The notes beneath the pieces are model-generated. The model saw only the letters and a program-made list of their open reading frames with translations, ran no database searches and had not been told where the DNA came from. Below, in pieces: positions 61,550 to 64,000 of a stretch of DNA of 64,000 nt. This stretch comes from Eledone cirrhosa. Its lineage: Eukaryota. The stretch lies in contig OZ024759.1 of assembly GCA_964016885.1 (NCBI GenBank), positions 4,774,001 through 4,838,000 of the forward strand, read 5' to 3'. The position numbers and the translations under genes are program-made. How positions within the stretch are numbered: the first letter of the stretch is position 1; each line of letters begins with the position of its first letter.

Positions 61550-62600
61550 TGAGATGTGAAATGTATGTGATATACAATGTATGAGTTGTGAAATGTATGG
61601 GATGTGAAATGTAGGAATATGAAATGTAGTGGGTGTGCAATGTAGGGATGTGAAATGTAGGGATGGGGAATGTAGGAGATGTGAAATGTAGGGATGAGGA
61701 ATGTAGGGATGAGGAATGTAGGAGATGTGAAATGTAAGGATGTGAAATGTAGGGATGAGGAATGTAGGAGATGTGAAATGTAGGAGATGTGAAATGTAGG
61801 AGATGTGAAATGTAGTAGATATGAAATGTAAGAGATGTGAAATGTAAGAGATGTGAAATGTAAGAGATGTGAAATGTCGGAGATGTGAAATGTAAGGATG
61901 TGAAATGTAGGAGATGTGAAATGTAGGAGATGTGAAATGTAGTAGATGTGAAATGTAAGAGATGTGAAATGTAAGAGATGTGAAATGTAAGAGATGTGAA
62001 ATGTAAGATATGTGAAATGTAAGAGATGTGAAATGTAAGAGATATGAAATGTAAGAGATGTGAAATGTAGGAGATGTGAAATGTAAGAGATGTGAAATGT
62101 AGGAGATGTGAAATGTAAGAGATGTGAAATGTAGGATATGTGAACTGTAAGGATGTGAAATGTAAGATATGTGAAATGTAAGAGATGTGAAATGTAGGAG
62201 ATGTGAAATGTAGGAGATGTGAAATGTAGGAGATGTGAAATGTAGGAGATGGAAATGTAAGGATGTGAAATGTAAGAGATGTGAAATGTAGGTGATGTGA
62301 AATGTAGGAGATGTGAAATGTAGGAGATGTGAAATGTAAGGATGTGAAATGTAAGAGATGTGAAATGTAGATGTGAAATGTAAGAGATGTGAAATGTAGG
62401 AGATGTGAAATGTAGATGTGAAATGTAAGGGATGTGAAATGTAGGAGATGTGAAATGTAGGAGATGTGAAATGTAAGGATGTGAAAGGTAAGAGATGTGA
62501 AATGTAGGTGATGTGAAATGTAGGATATGTGAAATGTAAAGGTATGGATTGTATAATGTGAAATATAGATGTGAATTGTGTGAGATGTGAAATGTAGAGA
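61550..62600. repeat. 14-16-bp minisatellite (GATGTGAAATGTAGGA)n
   Basis: Visible tandem array of about 1 kb. Confidence 0.95.
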
Positions 62601-62660
62601 ATGTACAAAAATAACAGTAAACATCAATAACAACAACAGCAACCATCATCAACAACAATA

Positions 62661-62874
62661 GTGGTGGTGGTGGTGGTGGTGGTGGTAATGGAGGTGGTGG
62701 TGGTAGTGGTGGTGCTGGTAGTGGAGGTGGTGGTGGTAGTGGTGGTGGTGGCGGTGGTGGCAGTGGTGGTGGTAGTGGTAGTGGTGGTGGTGGTGGTAGT
62801 GGTGGTGGTGGTGGTGGTGGTAGTGGTGGTAGTGGTGTGGTAGTGGTGGTGGTATTAGTGGTGGTGGTAGTGGT

Positions 62875-62905
<31 letters not shown>

Positions 62906-64000
62906 GTGGTGGTGGTGGTGGTAGTGGTGGTGGTAGTGGTGGTAGTGGTGGTGGTGGTGGTGGTAGTGGTGGTAGTGGTGGTGGTGGTGGTAGTTGAGGT
63001 GGTGGTGGTAGTTGAGGTGGTGGTGGTAGTAGAGGTGGTGGTGGTGGAGGTGGTGGTAGTGGAGGTGGTGGTGGTGGTGGTGGTGGTAGTGGTGGTGGTG
63101 GTGGTGTTGGTGGTAGTGGTAGTGGTGGTGGTGGTGGTGGTGGTGGTAGTGGTGGCGGTAGTGGTGGTGGTGGTGGTAGTGGTGGTGGAGGTGGTGGTAG
63201 TGGTGGTGGTGGTGATGGAGGTGGTGGTGGTGTTAGTGGTGGTAGTGGTAGTGGTGGTAGTGGTGGTGGTGGTGGTGGTGGTGGTAGTGATGGTGGTGGT
63301 AGTGGTTGTAGTAATGGCAGTGGTGGTAGTGGTGGTGGTAATGGCAGTCGTGGTAGTGATGGTGATGGTGGTGGTGGTAGTGGTGGTGGTGGTGGCGGTA
63401 GTGATGGTGGTGGTAGTGGTTGTAGTAATGGCAGTGGTGGTAGTGGAGGTGGTGGTGGTGGTAGTGGAGGTGGTGGTGATGGTGGTGGTGGTGGTGGTAG
63501 TGGTGGTGGTAGTGGTGGTGGTGGTGGTGGTGGTGGTAGTGGTGGTGGTGGTGGTGGTAGTGGTGGTAGTGGTGGTGGTGGTAGTGATGGTAGTGGTGGT
63601 GGTAGTGGTGGTAGTGGTGGTGGTGGTGGTGGTGGTGGTGGTAGTGGTGGTGGTGTTGGTAGTGGAGGTGGTGGTGGTAGTGGTGGTGGTGGTAGTAGAG
63701 GTGGTGGTGGTGGAGGTGGTGGTGGTGGTGGTGGTGGTTGAGGTGGTAGTGGTGGTGGTAGTGGTCGTGGTGGTGGTGGTGGTGGTAGTGGTAGTGGTAG
63801 TGGAGGTGGTGGTGGAGGTGGTGGTGGTGGTGGTGGTAGCGGTGGTGGTGGTAGTGGTGGAGGTAGTGGTGGTGGTGGTGGTAGTGGTGGAGGTGGTGGT
63901 GGTGATGGAGGTGGTGTTAGTGGTGGTAGTGGTGGTGGTGGTAGTGGTGGTAGTGGTGGTGGTGGTGGTGGTGGTGGTAGTGGTGGTGGTGGTGGTGGTA
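62661..64000. repeat. Degenerate (GGT)n trinucleotide tract >1.3 kb
   Basis: GGT with AGT/GGA interruptions, running to the window end. Confidence 0.97.

Noticed and set aside
61502-62843. Three ~370-aa His/Ile/Ser-rich ORFs and a poly-Val ORF
   Set aside because: Open in all three frames because the repeats lack stop codons; not credible proteins.

Overview
AT-rich, repeat-dense eukaryotic DNA. It is most likely an octopus or other coleoid cephalopod, inferred from [17 protein letters not shown] C2H2 fingers, the RTE LINE/SINE content and the (TA)n tracts. The host gene lies on the minus strand as eight phase-1 exons: five 138-nt EGF-like exons (51.6-61.5 kb), then a 150-nt exon, a 144-nt EGF exon and a 258-nt F-type lectin exon (3.1-5.4 kb). 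These two groups may be one gene with a ~46-kb intron or two tandem paralogs. The space between holds a full-length degenerate Helitron joined head-to-tail to a non-autonomous derivative, and an intact RTE LINE nested in that Helitron whose ORF has a C4HC3 PHD finger inside the RT domain. It also holds several decayed copies of that LINE, a second GC-rich RTE family, an internally deleted Gypsy element, a decayed C2H2 zinc-finger gene, MITEs, SINEs and satellites, two of which visibly arose from TE segments. Four good and one weak minimal type-I hammerhead ribozyme motifs (Penelope/retrozyme type) and a ~390-bp spacerless palindrome were found by eye. Most short ORFs in the track are microsatellite or antisense artefacts. 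Repeat boundaries are approximate.
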